Translations under genes and position numbers: made by a program
The notes under the pieces: generated by a model
What the model saw: only the letters and a program-made list of their open reading frames with translations
What the model was told of the DNA's origin: nothing
Databases searched by the model: none
In this document: positions 1 through 10,388 of the stretch, piece by piece
How positions within the stretch are numbered: position 1 is the first letter of the stretch
How the letters are laid out: each line of letters begins with the position of its first letter
Source of the DNA: an uncultured bacterium
GTDB taxonomy: Bacteria > Krumholzibacteriota > Krumholzibacteriia > JACNKJ01
Reading direction: 5' to 3'
DNA length: 64,000 nt
NCBI GenBank assembly: GCA_963695095.1
Contig: CAVOFT010000001.1
Coordinates: 2,560,001-2,624,000, forward strand

Positions 1-2000
1 CTCGCGACCAGCGCGGCTGTCCGCTACAGCGAGGATCAGGGCGCCACCTGGCAGGTCCCCGCCGGCCTGCCCGCCTCGCTGCTGAGCGCGCTGCGCGTGC
101 AGCGCGATCCGGCCGACCCGGACCGCGTCTACCTGCTCATCAACTCGCAGGGCCTCTTCGTCGAGCTGTACCGCTCCGACGACGCCGGGCGCAGCTACAC
201 GCTCGTCAACCACACCGGGGGCAGCGTGGCCGACTTCTGGGTGGATCGCACGGGCGGCGGCGATCTCTACCTGATGATTCGCGACAGGCTCTACCGCAGC
301 ACGAACCTGGGCGCCACCTGGACGCCCCTGGGCAGCCTGCCGAGCGTGCCGAGCAAGGTCATCCTGGCCGGCTCGGAGGCGGGAGCGCCCACCTTCTACC
401 TCGCCGCGCGCCTGGCGGGCAACTGGGAGCTCTGGCGGAGCCCGGACGGCGGGGCGAGCTGGGCCTACCGCGCCGAGCTCGACGACTGGTGGGAGACGCT
501 GAACTGCTCGATCACGGACCCGAACCTCGTGGTCTACGCCGGCGTCGAGGCCTGGCGCAGCACGAACGGCGGCGGCAGCTTCACGCGGGTCAACGGCTGG
601 GGCGAGTACTACAGCGATCCCCTGCACAAGCTGCACGCGGACAACCCGGGCCTGGAAGTGATCTGGGTGCCGGGCGCGGGCGAGCGCTGGTTCCCCTGCA
701 CGGACGGCGGCATCTACCGCAGCGACGACGGGATGCTCACGGTCAGCAATCTCTCGCTGACGGGACTCGGCGTCAGCCAGTACTACGACGTCCTCACCAG
801 CGCGAACAATCCCTACCGCATCGCCGCCGGCAGCCAGGATCAGGGCTACCAGCGCGCGGACGGCCGGCGCGATCCGCTGGTGGGCTTCGAGCAGCTCATC
901 AGCGGCGACTACGGCCACCTCACCTCGGGCAACGGCGAGCACGACATCGTCTTCTCCGTCTACCCGGGCTTCACGCTGGTCCAGCAGGGCGAGCTGGTGC
1001 ACATCCTGCACTACCTGGATTTCCCCGCCGGCGCCGAATCACCTCTGGCTGCCGCCCATCGTCGCCGATCCGGAAAACCTGCAGGCCTATTACTTCTGCG
1101 GCCAGTACCTCTATCGCGGCCTGTGGTCGGGCGGCGACAACGTCAGCTATACGCAGCACGCCCAGGACTTCACGGCCTACGGCGGCAACTACCTGAGCGC
1201 CTTCGCCATCTCGCCGCTCGATCTCGATCGCCGACTCGCCGTCACGAACACGGGCGAGATCTGGTACAGCCACGACCATGGCGCGAGCTGGCAGCACTCG
1301 GCGGCCCAGGGCCCGGGCGGCCACTACTTCCACGGCACGGCCCTGGCCTGCTCGCCGCTGGCGGCCGGGCGGGCCTGGCTGGGCGGCAGCGGCTACAGCG
1401 GACCGGCCGTCTACCGCACGGAGGACGGCGGCCTGAGCTGGACGCCGCTGGCCGACGGCCTGCCCGCCACGCTCGTCTACATGCTCGCCGTCGAGAGCCC
1501 GGCCAGCGAGACGCTCTACGCCGCCACCGAGGCCGGACCCTACCTGCTGCCCGCCGGCAGCAGCACCTGGCAGTACATCGGCGGCGGCGCCCCGCTCACT
1601 CTCTTCTGGAGCGTGGAGGCGGTGCCGGCCATCGGCGTCATGCGCTTCGGCACCTACGGCCGCGGCATCTGGGACTTCGATACGAGCACGGTGACCGCCG
1701 TGGCCGAGGCTGCGCCCGCGGCGGGCTTCGAGCTGACGAGCTACCCCAATCCCTTCAATCCGCAGACCAGCCTGCGCTTCAGCCTGGCCGCGCCGGGCCG
1801 CGCGCGCCTGGTGATCGTCGGCGCCGCGGGCCGCGTGCTGCGCCACCTGCTGGACGCGGAGCTGTCCCGCCGGCGTGCAGGAATTGCGCTGGGACGGCAG
1901 GAGCGACAGCGGGCGCGCGCTGCCCAGCGGCGTCTACTTCGCCCGCCTTGAGAGCAGCGATGGCCGGGTCGAGAGCCGGCGGCTGACCTTGCTCCGCTAG
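1..2000 (+). CDS. Secreted BNR/Asp-box beta-propeller protein (VPS10/sortilin-like) with C-terminal FlgD-Ig/T9SS-like domain; 5'-partial, two apparent frameshifts (~1040, ~1870)
   Basis: Repeated SxDxGxxW Asp-boxes (YSEDQGATW, RSTNLGATW, RSPDGGASW); GTYGRGIW end of propeller; YPNPFNP...WDG...SGVYF...RLTLLR* tail ending at TAG 1998-2000, assembled across three frames. Confidence 0.8.
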
Positions 2001-2013
2001 TCGGGCCCGGGGC

Positions 2014-3421
2014 TCAGTCCAGCCGGAAGCGCTCGCCGAAGGCGGGCACCTGCACGTCGGGCGCGCCCTTCTCGCGCAGGGCGACGGCCAGGGCCTCCGA
2101 CTGCCTCTCCTCGCCGTGGACGAGGAAGATGCGCCCCGGCTTCTCGCGCATGCCCTCGTAGAAGCGCAGCAGGTCGAGGCGGTCCGCGTGGGCGCTGTAG
2201 GCGTGCAGGGCGCGCGACCTCGGCCGCCACCTCGTACTCCTCGCCCAGGATGCGCACCCGCTTGGCGCCCTCCTCGAGCCGGCGACCCAGCGTGTGCCCC
2301 GCCTGGAAGCCGACGATGAGCACGGTGTTGCGCGCATCGCCGACGCTGTTGGCGAGGTGGTGGAGCACGCGGCCCGCTTCGCACATGCCCGAGGCGGAGA
2401 TGATCACGCAGGGCCCGCGGTGGAAGTTCAGGCGCTTGGATTCCTCGACGCTCTCGACGTAGCGCATGCGCGAGAAGCCGAAGGGATCCCCGCCCGCCGC
2501 GAGCATGGCCCAGGTCTCGGCGTCGAAGCACTCCTCGTGGGCGGCGAAGACGTGGCTGGCCCTGGCGGTCAGCGGGCTGTCGATGTAGACGGGCAGATCG
2601 GGGATCTCCCCCGCCGTGATCAGGCGGTGCAGCTCGTAGATGATCTCCTGGCTGCGGCCCACGCTGAAGGCGGGGATGATCACCTTGCCGCCGCGCGCGG
2701 CCGTGCGGCCGACGATCTCGCCCAGCTTCTCCTCGGCGCCGCGGATGTCGGCGTGGAAGCGGTCGCCGTAGGTGCTCTCCATGATCAGCACGTCGGCGGC
2801 TTCCGGCTGCTCCGGATCCTTGAGAATGGGCAGGTAGCGCCGGCCCAGATCGCCCGAGAAGGTGAGGCGCAGGCGCTGGCCGCCGCCGCGGTCGATCACC
2901 ACCTCGATGAAGGCGCTGCCCAGGATGTGCCCCGCGTCGCGGAAGGTGGCCGTCACCCCGGGGCGCACGGCGAAGGACTGCCGGTAGCGCTGGGGCTCGA
3001 GCAGCTTGAGCGTGCGCTCGACGTCGGCGAGATTGTAGAGCGGCTCGACGGGCTCCTCCCCCCGCTTGCGCCGCCGGTTCAGCCACTCGGCGTCGCGCTC
3101 CTGGATGTGGGCGCTGTCCTTGAGCATCACGGCGAGCAGATCGGCCGTGGCCCGCGTGCAGTGGATCTTGCCCCTGAAGCCGTGCTTGACGAGGCTGGGC
3201 AGGTTGCCGCCGTGGTCCATGTGGGCATGGCTGAGCAGGACGGCATTGACCGCCGAGGCCTTGAAGGGCAGCTCCCGATTCTGCCGATTCGCCTCGGCGC
3301 GCTTGCCCTGCACGAGGCCGCAGTCCATGAGGATCTGCTCGGCCCCCAGGCCGAGCAGATGCCGGCTGCCGGTCACGTCCCGCGCCGCGCCCCAGAAGCT
3401 GATGTCGATTTCGCCGATCAT
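2014..3421 (-). CDS. MBL-fold metallo-hydrolase, beta-CASP RNA-processing family; frameshift near 2215
   Basis: SHAHMDHGG motif, DAGHILGSA, MESTYGDR, SASGMCEAGR; C-terminal YSAHAD and FLVHGE lie in the 2014..2337 frame; GGAGG RBS before ATG 3421. Confidence 0.9.
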
Positions 3422-3502
3422 GCCGCCTCCCCGATCTTGGTCCACGAAAGCGTGAACTCTAGCACAGGCGGCCGGCAGCGCCCAGGCAGGAGTGCCGGCA
3501 AT

Positions 3503-3537
3503 GGGAAGGGGCCGGCAGTCCTGGCTGCCGGCCCCCC
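3503..3537 (-). terminator. GC hairpin, probable terminator after the DUF4397 gene
   Basis: GGGGCCGGCAG..CTGCCGGCCCC inverted repeat ~40 nt past the stop codon. Confidence 0.5.
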
Positions 3538-3574
3538 ATCACCACAAACGCCCAGTACTGGCGAACGCGTCTGC

Positions 3575-4981
3575 CTAGTCCGGCAAGACGGAGACCGCCG
3601 ACCAGGCTGCGGGCGCGGTATCGACCAGTACCAGGCGGAAGCTCTCGCCCTGGTTCATCAGCGAGCCCAGGGCCACGGCGAGCAGGCGCTGACCCGAGGT
3701 CGGCGCCACGCTGAAGGAGGCGACAGGATTCGTGTCGCCCGCCGCGGCGACGCCCAGCACGATGGCTCCCGCCGGCAGGGCCAGCCCCTCGGCGGCGGAA
3801 CGCTCACCGAAGCTCAGGCCCTCGAGGCCGGGCACCGGCGTGAAGGTGCCGCCGCTCACGGTGCCGAGATCCACCGCCGGCGCATCGGGCGATGCATGCA
3901 GCGCGGCCAGGAGCACGGCGCCCCCACCCGAGAAGGCCTCCGCCAGGGGTAGCAGGGTGAAGGCCTCCTGTCCGCTGCCGGGGGCGAGGAAGCCCGAGGC
4001 GACGACCAGGTAGCGCTCACCGGCGGCGAGCGACGGGGTCGCCTGGCTGGTGACGATGTTCGCATCGCCGGCCGCGCTGAAGTCGAGCGTGTAGCTGGCC
4101 GGCGGCAGCTGCAGCGGCCCGGCCAGTTCGGCGAACTCGAGATCCTCGATCAGGCGCGCGCCACCGGACCAGATGTCCACCGGCGGCGCATCGGGAGAGC
4201 CGTGCAGCGCATAGACCAGCGGGTTCTGGCGGATGAAGCCGATGCTCCCGGTCGGACCGACGGCGAGTAGGCCGAAGCCGTCCTCGCTGCGGGCCAGCTC
4301 GCTCAGCAGACCGGTGGCGATGATGAAGACCTCGGTGCCGCTGGCCAGCGCCGGCGTGGTGAAGGCCGTCACGCGGGCCAGCGGATTGCCGGCCCAGATG
4401 CCGACCTGCAGCGCGGTGCCGGAGGGCAGGGCGACGCCGGCCGCGCCGGTGTCGTCGCCGAAGCCGAAGTCCATCACCTCGGGGCTGCCGTCGTTGGCGA
4501 TGTCCAGGGCGACGGCCGGTGCGTCGGCGCCGCCGTGCACGATGCGCACCCGGGCCTCGCCGGCCGCGGCGGCCGCGAAGCCCTCGACCAGGGGCAGGAT
4601 GCGGAAGGCCTCGTCGCTGCCGTTAGGCGTGAGCAGGCCGAGCGCCACGGCGGTGATCACCGCGCCGTCGTCCACGCTCAGGTCGCCGGTCTCATGGGCG
4701 ATCGGGCTGCTGGGCGCGCTGCCTGCGGCGCGCAGCTGGATGTTGTAGGTGCCGGCGCTCAGGTCCAGGTAGGCGCTGGTCTCGCCGTAGCCGAGGTCCT
4801 CGATGAGGGGAGCGGCGACGCCTTCGGCATAGATGTCCACCGCGGGCGCATCCGGCGAGGCGTGCACGACGCGGAGCATGGCGCCTTCGCCCATGTCCAC
4901 GCTGCTGGGGCTGTCGTCCTCGCTGCAGCCCGCCAGGGCCACGAGCAGGAGAGGGATCAGGAAGAGGGTACGACGCTTCAT
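3575..4981 (-). CDS. DUF4397 repeat-domain lipoprotein
   Basis: Lipobox LAGC; four repeats of the (V/L)H(A/G)[12 protein letters not shown] motif. Confidence 0.85.
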   Translation of the reverse strand: MKRRTLFLIPLLLVALAGCSEDDSPSSVDMGEGAMLRVVHASPDAPAVDIYAEGVAAPLIEDLGYGETSAYLDLSAGTYNIQLRAAGSAPSSPIAHETGDLSVDDGAVITAVALGLLTPNGSDEAFRILPLVEGFAAAAAGEARVRIVHGGADAPAVALDIANDGSPEVMDFGFGDDTGAAGVALPSGTALQVGIWAGNPLARVTAFTTPALASGTEVFIIATGLLSELARSEDGFGLLAVGPTGSIGFIRQNPLVYALHGSPDAPPVDIWSGGARLIEDLEFAELAGPLQLPPASYTLDFSAAGDANIVTSQATPSLAAGERYLVVASGFLAPGSGQEAFTLLPLAEAFSGGGAVLLAALHASPDAPAVDLGTVSGGTFTPVPGLEGLSFGERSAAEGLALPAGAIVLGVAAAGDTNPVASFSVAPTSGQRLLAVALGSLMNQGESFRLVLVDTAPAAWSAVSVLPD

Positions 4982-5009
4982 TGGATTTCCTCCGTCTGTT
5001 TTCTTGGCG

Positions 5010-5550
5010 TTAGGGCAGCAGGACGCTGTCGATGACGTGGATGACGCCGTTGCTGGCGGCGATGTCGGTCTGGATCACCTTGGCATCGCCCACCGTGACG
5101 CCCTGCTTGCTGGCGTCGGATGGCGAGGGTGCTGCCGTCGACGGTCTTGGCGCTCTTGAGGGTGATGACCTCGGCAGCCATCACGGAGCCCGCCACGACG
5201 TGGTTCAGCAGGATCGCGCGCAGGGCCTCGGGATCCTCGAGCAGGGCCTCGACGGTGCCTGCGGGCAGCTTGGCGAAGGCCTCATCCGTGGGCGCGAAAA
5301 CGGTGAAGGGACCCTTCCCGCTCAGGGTCGCGCTGAGACCGGCGGCCTCGACGGCCGCACCCAGGGTGCTGAAGCCGCCCGCCTGGGCGACCTCGAGCAG
5401 GTTCGGCAGCTCGGCGGCCTTGGCGTCGGCAACATGGGCGCCGCTGCTCGCCCCGCCGGCGCCGCAGCTGCCGCAGTGCGCCTTCGCGTCGGGAGCGCCC
5501 ATCAGCGCGAGAGCGAGGCTGCCCAGCCCGATGAGAATGTGCTTGGTCAT
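5010..5550 (-). CDS. Secreted fasciclin (FAS1) domain protein; frameshift near 5120
   Basis: [14 protein letters not shown]1 motif; C-terminal [18 protein letters not shown] in a shifted frame (TAA 5010-5012); signal peptide followed by HCGSC. Confidence 0.88.
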
Positions 5551-5618
5551 TGCTGTCCTCCGTCCTTTGTGGTCGCGGATCCGGCCGGCGGTCGCCAGGC
5601 CCTGCTTGTTTCCGCTTC

Positions 5619-5684
5619 GTACAGGACAGAATGTAGACAAATGTCCAAGCTATGTCAAGATTAATTCTGTACAAACATCATACA
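5619..5684 (-). promoter_or_regulatory. Sigma70 promoter of the fasciclin operon overlapped by CarH-type operator repeats
   Basis: Minus strand TTGACA(5658-5653)-N17-TACATT(5635-5630); TnnACA/GACA elements at 11-bp spacing on both strands. Confidence 0.75.
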
Positions 5685-5737
5685 ATGATCCGGCGGGCCC
5701 TCCAGGCGGGCCCAACCGTTGCCAAGGGTCTGGAAAA

Positions 5738-6703
5738 TCAGGACTTGAGGCGAAGGGAGCGGCTGAACTCGGCCAGGCTGGGCACCAGGATGGCCCCGAT
5801 GGAGGCCAGGAACTCGCCCTGATCGGCCGCGGCGGCACCGCCCGCGAAGAGCTGGACGCCCTCGCCGAGCAGTTCACGCAGCCATCGCAACTCCTTCTGC
5901 ATGAAGGCAATGTCGTCGATGACCGTGAGCCCGATCGCCACTGCCTGGGCCTGCCGCTGGCGAGCGGCGGCGGCGATCTCCTCCGCGGGCAGACTGGGCC
6001 CGAGGTAGGCTACCTCCCAACCCGCATCGGCCGCCGTCGCGCAGGCCAGCAGTGTGCCCAGCTCGTGGCGGTGGCCGCTGAGCGTCGCCGCCACGAGGCG
6101 CGGCGCCGTCTCGGACAGGGGCGGACGCTGCTGCAGGGCATGGACGAAGGACTGCACGACGGCCGTTGCCAGGTGCTCGTGGACCACGCGCAGGCTCCCC
6201 TCGTGCCAGCGCTGGCCGATGAGCACCATGAGGGGGGCGAGGAAGTCCTCGCGCAGCAGGGCCGGATTGAGCTCGACCGCCGCCTCGCCGAGCACCGTGC
6301 GCAGGGCCCGGGGGTCCAGATCCGCCACGGCCGCGAGGGCGCGGGCGAGCAGGGCGGCATGCTGCTCGCGCTGGGCCTGGGTGCGAACTCCCGCCGTCGC
6401 GGGCGCCGGCGCGCGCTCCCCGACCAGGCGGCCCGCGATGTCCTCCTGACCGAGGCGCTGGAGGGCCTGCAGCGGCAGGCCCGCCACCTCGCTGATGCGC
6501 CGCCCGCCCTCCGTGAGCTGCTTGAGCAGGCGCAAGCGCTCGATGTCCAGGTCCGAGTAGAGGCGCCGCCCGGTGGGACTGCGGTCGGGGGTCACCGCCC
6601 CGTAGCGCCGCTCCCAGGCCCGCAGCAGTTCGGCGCTCAGGCGCGTGCGCTGCCTGACCACGGCGATCGGATGTCGGGCCTCGCTCGGATCCATCGACCT
6701 CAC
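5738..6703 (-). CDS. carH: MerR-family, B12-binding transcriptional regulator (CarH/LitR-type photoreceptor)
   Basis: N-terminal MerR HTH (LRAWERRYG...RRLYS); W-x9-EH motif (WHEGSLRVVHEH); HRHELG and YLGPSLP cobalamin-binding motifs. Confidence 0.85.
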   Translation of the reverse strand: MRSMDPSEARHPIAVVRQRTRLSAELLRAWERRYGAVTPDRSPTGRRLYSDLDIERLRLLKQLTEGGRRISEVAGLPLQALQRLGQEDIAGRLVGERAPAPATAGVRTQAQREQHAALLARALAAVADLDPRALRTVLGEAAVELNPALLREDFLAPLMVLIGQRWHEGSLRVVHEHLATAVVQSFVHALQQRPPLSETAPRLVAATLSGHRHELGTLLACATAADAGWEVAYLGPSLPAEEIAAAARQRQAQAVAIGLTVIDDIAFMQKELRWLRELLGEGVQLFAGGAAAADQGEFLASIGAILVPSLAEFSRSLRLKS

Positions 6704-6740
6704 CGCCTGCTCGCCGCTCTCCCTCCGACGGAGGAGCGGC

Positions 6741-6780
6741 TTTGTCCTGCCACAGTACAGGACAAACTTCCCCGGGTCAA
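6741..6780 (-). promoter_or_regulatory. Promoter of the carH-like gene with a palindrome over the -10
   Basis: TTGACC(6780-6775)-N17-TACTGT(6757-6752); inverted repeat TTTGTCCTG-N8-CAGGACAAA at 6741-6766. Confidence 0.6.
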
Positions 6781-6799
6781 GACGGGAGCGGCGGACGAC

Positions 6800-8833
6800 T
6801 CAGCTGCGCAGGCCCAGGCGCAGGCCGAGTTGCAGGCTGCGGCCGGGCTCGACGAGCCCCGTCTGCGACTCGACCACGCTGTCGAGGGCATTGTCCAGAC
6901 GCAGCCGCAGCTCGAGGGCTTCCAGGGCGCCTCTGCCCAGGTAGCGCCGCCAGGCGGCGAGCAGGGCCAGGCGCGCCTGGGCGGGCAGGCTGCGGAGGCC
7001 GTCGGCCGCATCGCTGGCGTCGGCGCTCTGGCGCGGGCCCAGCAGCGCGGCCTCGGCGGCGAAGCGCAGGTCGCGCGGCGCCGACCAGGCCAGGGAGAGC
7101 CCGCCGATGCAGTCGGGCCGGTCTTCGAGCGGGCCCGTCCACTCACCGGCGATCCGCCGGCGCGCGGCCAGCTGCAGCCAATGCGCGGAGAGGGCGAGGC
7201 CCGCCCCGACGTCGAGCGTCAGCTCGCCCTCGGCGCCGAGGCTGCGCAGAGCGTCCAGATTGACGCGCTGGAAGGTCCCCGCCTCGCCGTCGACGACGAT
7301 GCGCTCGATGGCGCCGTCCAGGCGCGCGGCGAAGAGCGACAGATCGAAGGTGAGGCGGTCGCCCCTGCGGCGGTAGGCGAGTTCCGCCAGCGTCTGCGCC
7401 TCGGCGGCCAGGCCCGGGTTGGGCACGAACTGCCCGAGGGCGCCCGAATAGAGCTCGCGCAGGGCGGGAAAGCGGCTGCGCCGGGAAAGGGCCAGCTCCA
7501 GCGACTGATCCGCGCCGAGCGCGCGCTGGAGGGCGAGCAGCCAGTCCCAGGCGCTGTCGGGCCCACGGGCGGGCTTGTCGCCGCTCGCCGGCGTCGCGGC
7601 GTGCAGCCAGGCCGCGCCCGCGCGCAGGGTCCAGGCGGGCAGGGGCGAGATCTCGAGCTCGAGGGTCTCGGCGAGGCGGCGCTGGCTGAAGCGTTGCCAG
7701 GGACCGCCGACGAGGAGCTGCTCATCGTGGCGCGCATCGCGCAGTTCGCTGACCAGGCTGAGGCGCCCGGCGGCGAGCCGGCGCTGGATCAGCAGACGCA
7801 GGTGCAGGCTGCGGTCCTCGTTCAGCTCGCGGTCCACGCCCGGCGCCAGTGCCGGCCCGCTGTAGGACGCATCGTCGTAGGTCCGGATCTCGGTGTCCGC
7901 CTGATCGAGGCCGGCCCCCAGCCCCAGGCGCCAGCGGCCCGCCGCGCCCAGCGGCTGGTCCAGGCCCAGCCCGGCCTGCAGGCGGCGGCTGTCCGGGTAA
8001 CGCCAGAAGCGCGCCTGGCTGCGGTAGGTCTCCGGCGGCACTCCCTTCTCGGTGTGACTCGCGCCGAGCTGGAGGGAGAGCCGGCCCTCGCGCGGCAGTC
8101 CACGCCCGAGCGTGAAGAAGGCGCTCTCCCGCGCGAGGTCGCTATTCAGGCGCCGGCGGCCGCTGCCCGCGTTGAAGTCGCCGGGAGCGGCCGCGGGGCG
8201 CAGCCAGCCGTCGTGGCCGACGCGAGCGAGGCTCGCGAGCAGACCCCAGTCGCCCAGTCGGCGGCCGTGCAGCAGGGCCGCGCGGCGGTAGCCCGCCTCG
8301 CCGGCGCCGAGATCCAGCTGGCTCTCGCCACCGCTTGCGGGCGCGGCCCGCGAGTGCAGCTCGAGGCTGCCCGCCAGCGCTCCCGGGCCCTGCAGGAGAC
8401 TGCGCACGCCGCGGCGGAGGCGCAGGGCGCCCAGGGCCTCGGCCGGCTGCAGCGAAAGGTCGCTGCGCTCGTCCCAGGCGAGATTGAGGGGCATGCCGTC
8501 CAGGCTCACGAGCAGGTGCCGCTCGGAGGCGCCGCGCAGCATGAACTGCGATTCGCCGCGCGAGTTCAGGCCCAGGCGCAGGGCGGGCAGGCGCGGCGCG
8601 AGGGCCGCCAGGTCCGGCGAGCTCGACTCGCGCAGGGGCAAGCCGCTGAGCCGGGTCTCCGCCGGCCCCGGCCGCGGCGCCGGTGCAGCGGCCGTCACCA
8701 CGACCGGGGGCAGCTGGAAGCGCGGCAGGCTGTCGGCGGATTCCTGGCCCTGGGCCGCGTGCGGGGGCAGGAGGCCGCAGAGCGTTACGAGGAGGGCGGT
8801 GAAAGCCAGGGCGCGCCCTCGGCAGCGGAACAT
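6800..8833 (-). CDS. TonB-dependent outer-membrane receptor
   Basis: Signal peptide; PVVVTA TonB-box-like segment; plug motif (MLRGAS..LLVSLDGMPL); RFPALRELY, NPGLAAE, LDNALD...PGRS barrel motifs. Confidence 0.85.
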   Translation of the reverse strand: MFRCRGRALAFTALLVTLCGLLPPHAAQGQESADSLPRFQLPPVVVTAAAPAPRPGPAETRLSGLPLRESSSPDLAALAPRLPALRLGLNSRGESQFMLRGASERHLLVSLDGMPLNLAWDERSDLSLQPAEALGALRLRRGVRSLLQGPGALAGSLELHSRAAPASGGESQLDLGAGEAGYRRAALLHGRRLGDWGLLASLARVGHDGWLRPAAAPGDFNAGSGRRRLNSDLARESAFFTLGRGLPREGRLSLQLGASHTEKGVPPETYRSQARFWRYPDSRRLQAGLGLDQPLGAAGRWRLGLGAGLDQADTEIRTYDDASYSGPALAPGVDRELNEDRSLHLRLLIQRRLAAGRLSLVSELRDARHDEQLLVGGPWQRFSQRRLAETLELEISPLPAWTLRAGAAWLHAATPASGDKPARGPDSAWDWLLALQRALGADQSLELALSRRSRFPALRELYSGALGQFVPNPGLAAEAQTLAELAYRRRGDRLTFDLSLFAARLDGAIERIVVDGEAGTFQRVNLDALRSLGAEGELTLDVGAGLALSAHWLQLAARRRIAGEWTGPLEDRPDCIGGLSLAWSAPRDLRFAAEAALLGPRQSADASDAADGLRSLPAQARLALLAAWRRYLGRGALEALELRLRLDNALDSVVESQTGLVEPGRSLQLGLRLGLRS

Positions 8834-8904
8834 GGGGATCCTCCAGTGCGGCGAGCGGAGCGAGGCTAGCACCCGCGCTCCATCGCCACCACTGGAAACC
8901 GGGC

Positions 8905-9096
8905 TCAGGCGCGGCGGCAGACCGTGCGGCGCAGGATCGTGTCCATCAAGCACCACTTCGTGAAGGCGCTCTGGATCAGATTCGCGCCCACGAAGGTGGT
9001 GAACAGGAGCCACCAGGGACTGACCCAGTAGGCCAGGGCCAGGCTGATCAGGATGAAGCTGCCGGCGATGGCGCGGATCATCGATTCGAGACTCAC
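8905..9096 (-). CDS. DUF2892 / YgaP-like small membrane protein
   Basis: IRAIAGSFILISL...FVGANLIQSAFTKWC signature; GGAGG RBS before GTG 9096. Confidence 0.85.
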   Translation of the reverse strand: MSLESMIRAIAGSFILISLALAYWVSPWWLLFTTFVGANLIQSAFTKWCLMDTILRRTVCRRA

Positions 9097-9107
9097 GGCG
9101 GTACCTC

Positions 9108-10385
9108 CTAGAAGCTGTAGCGCAGGCGCAGGTAGACGTTGCTGTTGCCGGCGAACTGGCCGAACTGGGTCCAGGGATCCTCGCCGTCCAGCAGGCTGGC
9201 CCCCACCGTTACCTTGACGGCCTCGGTGACCGCATAGGCCAGGCTGGGCCGCAGGTGAAGATCGGCGTCGGTCCAGCTGACGTAGCCGAAGACGGAGAAC
9301 ACGAGCTTCTGATCGAGCGCGAGCTTGGTGAGCCGCGCCGTCAGGTACTGGCGCAGCGCATCGACGCTCGGCGCATCCGCCGGCAGGCCTGCGCGGTAGC
9401 GCGCATGCTCCTCCATCGCGATGCCGTACCACTGCCCGCCCAGGGTCCAGTCGCCGCCCAGCGCCTTCTCGATGCCGCCGATCAGGCGCCACTCCGAGTT
9501 GGGCAGGAAGGGGTCGCTTCCCGCGCGGTCGTCGAGCGAGCCGTAGTAGGCGCCCTCGACGTTGACGAGCAGCGATCCCAGGGGGCCGCGCAGGCTGGCC
9601 CCGCCGGAAACCAGGCGCGGGTAGATGAGCGTCGGCGGGTCGAGAAGGGCTTCGCCGAAGTCGATGCCCTGGGGCGTCGGCCAGAAGCCCTTGTAGCCGT
9701 AGAGCCCCCACTCGTAGCCGCCCCGGGCGCCGAAGAGGCGGGCGAAGGCCTCGCCGGCGGCTGGGGAGCCCCCGGGCGCCCGCACCGGCAGCAGGCCGTC
9801 GCCGGCCGCCCTCGACCCCGTGAACGGATTGTAGCCCGCGAGCCGCTCGCCGTCGGGCAGGGTATCCGGGGTGAAGCGCGGCGAGAGCGCCAGCTCGGCG
9901 GTGACGCTGCCGAGGTAGGCGGTCAAGCGCAGGAGATCCTGAGGCGGCTTGAGGTAGGCGTTGTCGAGCCCGGTGAAGAAGGCCTGCCAGTCCTTCGCGA
10001 AGAGATCGTTGGCGAAGACCAGGTCGCCCGTGCCCCAGGTGGCCACCTGGCGGCCGGCCTTGAGGTCCAGCCAGTCGCTCAGGCGCAGCTTGAGGTAGGC
10101 CTCGCGCAGGTCGACCTGGCTGCGCTCTGCGGCGACGGCATCGCTGAGCAGGTCCACGCGCAGGAAGACGTCGGCGGCGCCCAGGCCGTCCTGCAGGGTG
10201 AGCTGACCGCGCAGCTCGCTCCGGGGATAGGCCCGCTCGGCCAGGCCCAGGCCGCCGTCGAGCGCGGCGTTCTCCTCGATGCGGACCGCCCAGGCCCCCT
10301 CGACGAAGCCTCCGAGCAGGGGCTGGGCGGCGGCGGCGCCGGCCAGCCCCGCGAGGAGGGCGAGGATGAGACTCAGTGTGCGCAT
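9108..10385 (-). CDS. Outer-membrane beta-barrel protein (DUF1302-like)
   Basis: Signal peptide; LREAY and GRQVATWG motifs; C-terminal YLRLRYSF. Confidence 0.7.
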   Translation of the reverse strand: MRTLSLILALLAGLAGAAAAQPLLGGFVEGAWAVRIEENAALDGGLGLAERAYPRSELRGQLTLQDGLGAADVFLRVDLLSDAVAAERSQVDLREAYLKLRLSDWLDLKAGRQVATWGTGDLVFANDLFAKDWQAFFTGLDNAYLKPPQDLLRLTAYLGSVTAELALSPRFTPDTLPDGERLAGYNPFTGSRAAGDGLLPVRAPGGSPAAGEAFARLFGARGGYEWGLYGYKGFWPTPQGIDFGEALLDPPTLIYPRLVSGGASLRGPLGSLLVNVEGAYYGSLDDRAGSDPFLPNSEWRLIGGIEKALGGDWTLGGQWYGIAMEEHARYRAGLPADAPSVDALRQYLTARLTKLALDQKLVFSVFGYVSWTDADLHLRPSLAYAVTEAVKVTVGASLLDGEDPWTQFGQFAGNSNVYLRLRYSF

Positions 10386-10388
10386 GAT

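Noticed and set aside
2200..2230. Programmed ribosomal frameshifting in the split genes
   Set aside because: No slippery heptamers at the junctions examined, and the affected families are not known to use it; sequencing indels are more parsimonious.
5120..8869. 1249-aa plus-strand ORF and similar long ORFs (e.g. 14406..16802, 31145..33688, 46284..48809, 53826..57200)
   Set aside because: Antisense or off-frame shadows of well-supported genes; stop codons are scarce in very GC-rich DNA; no motifs.
8833..8905. Cobalamin riboswitch before the TonB receptor
   Set aside because: The gap is only ~70 nt and has no B12-box, so the BtuB identity is unsupported.
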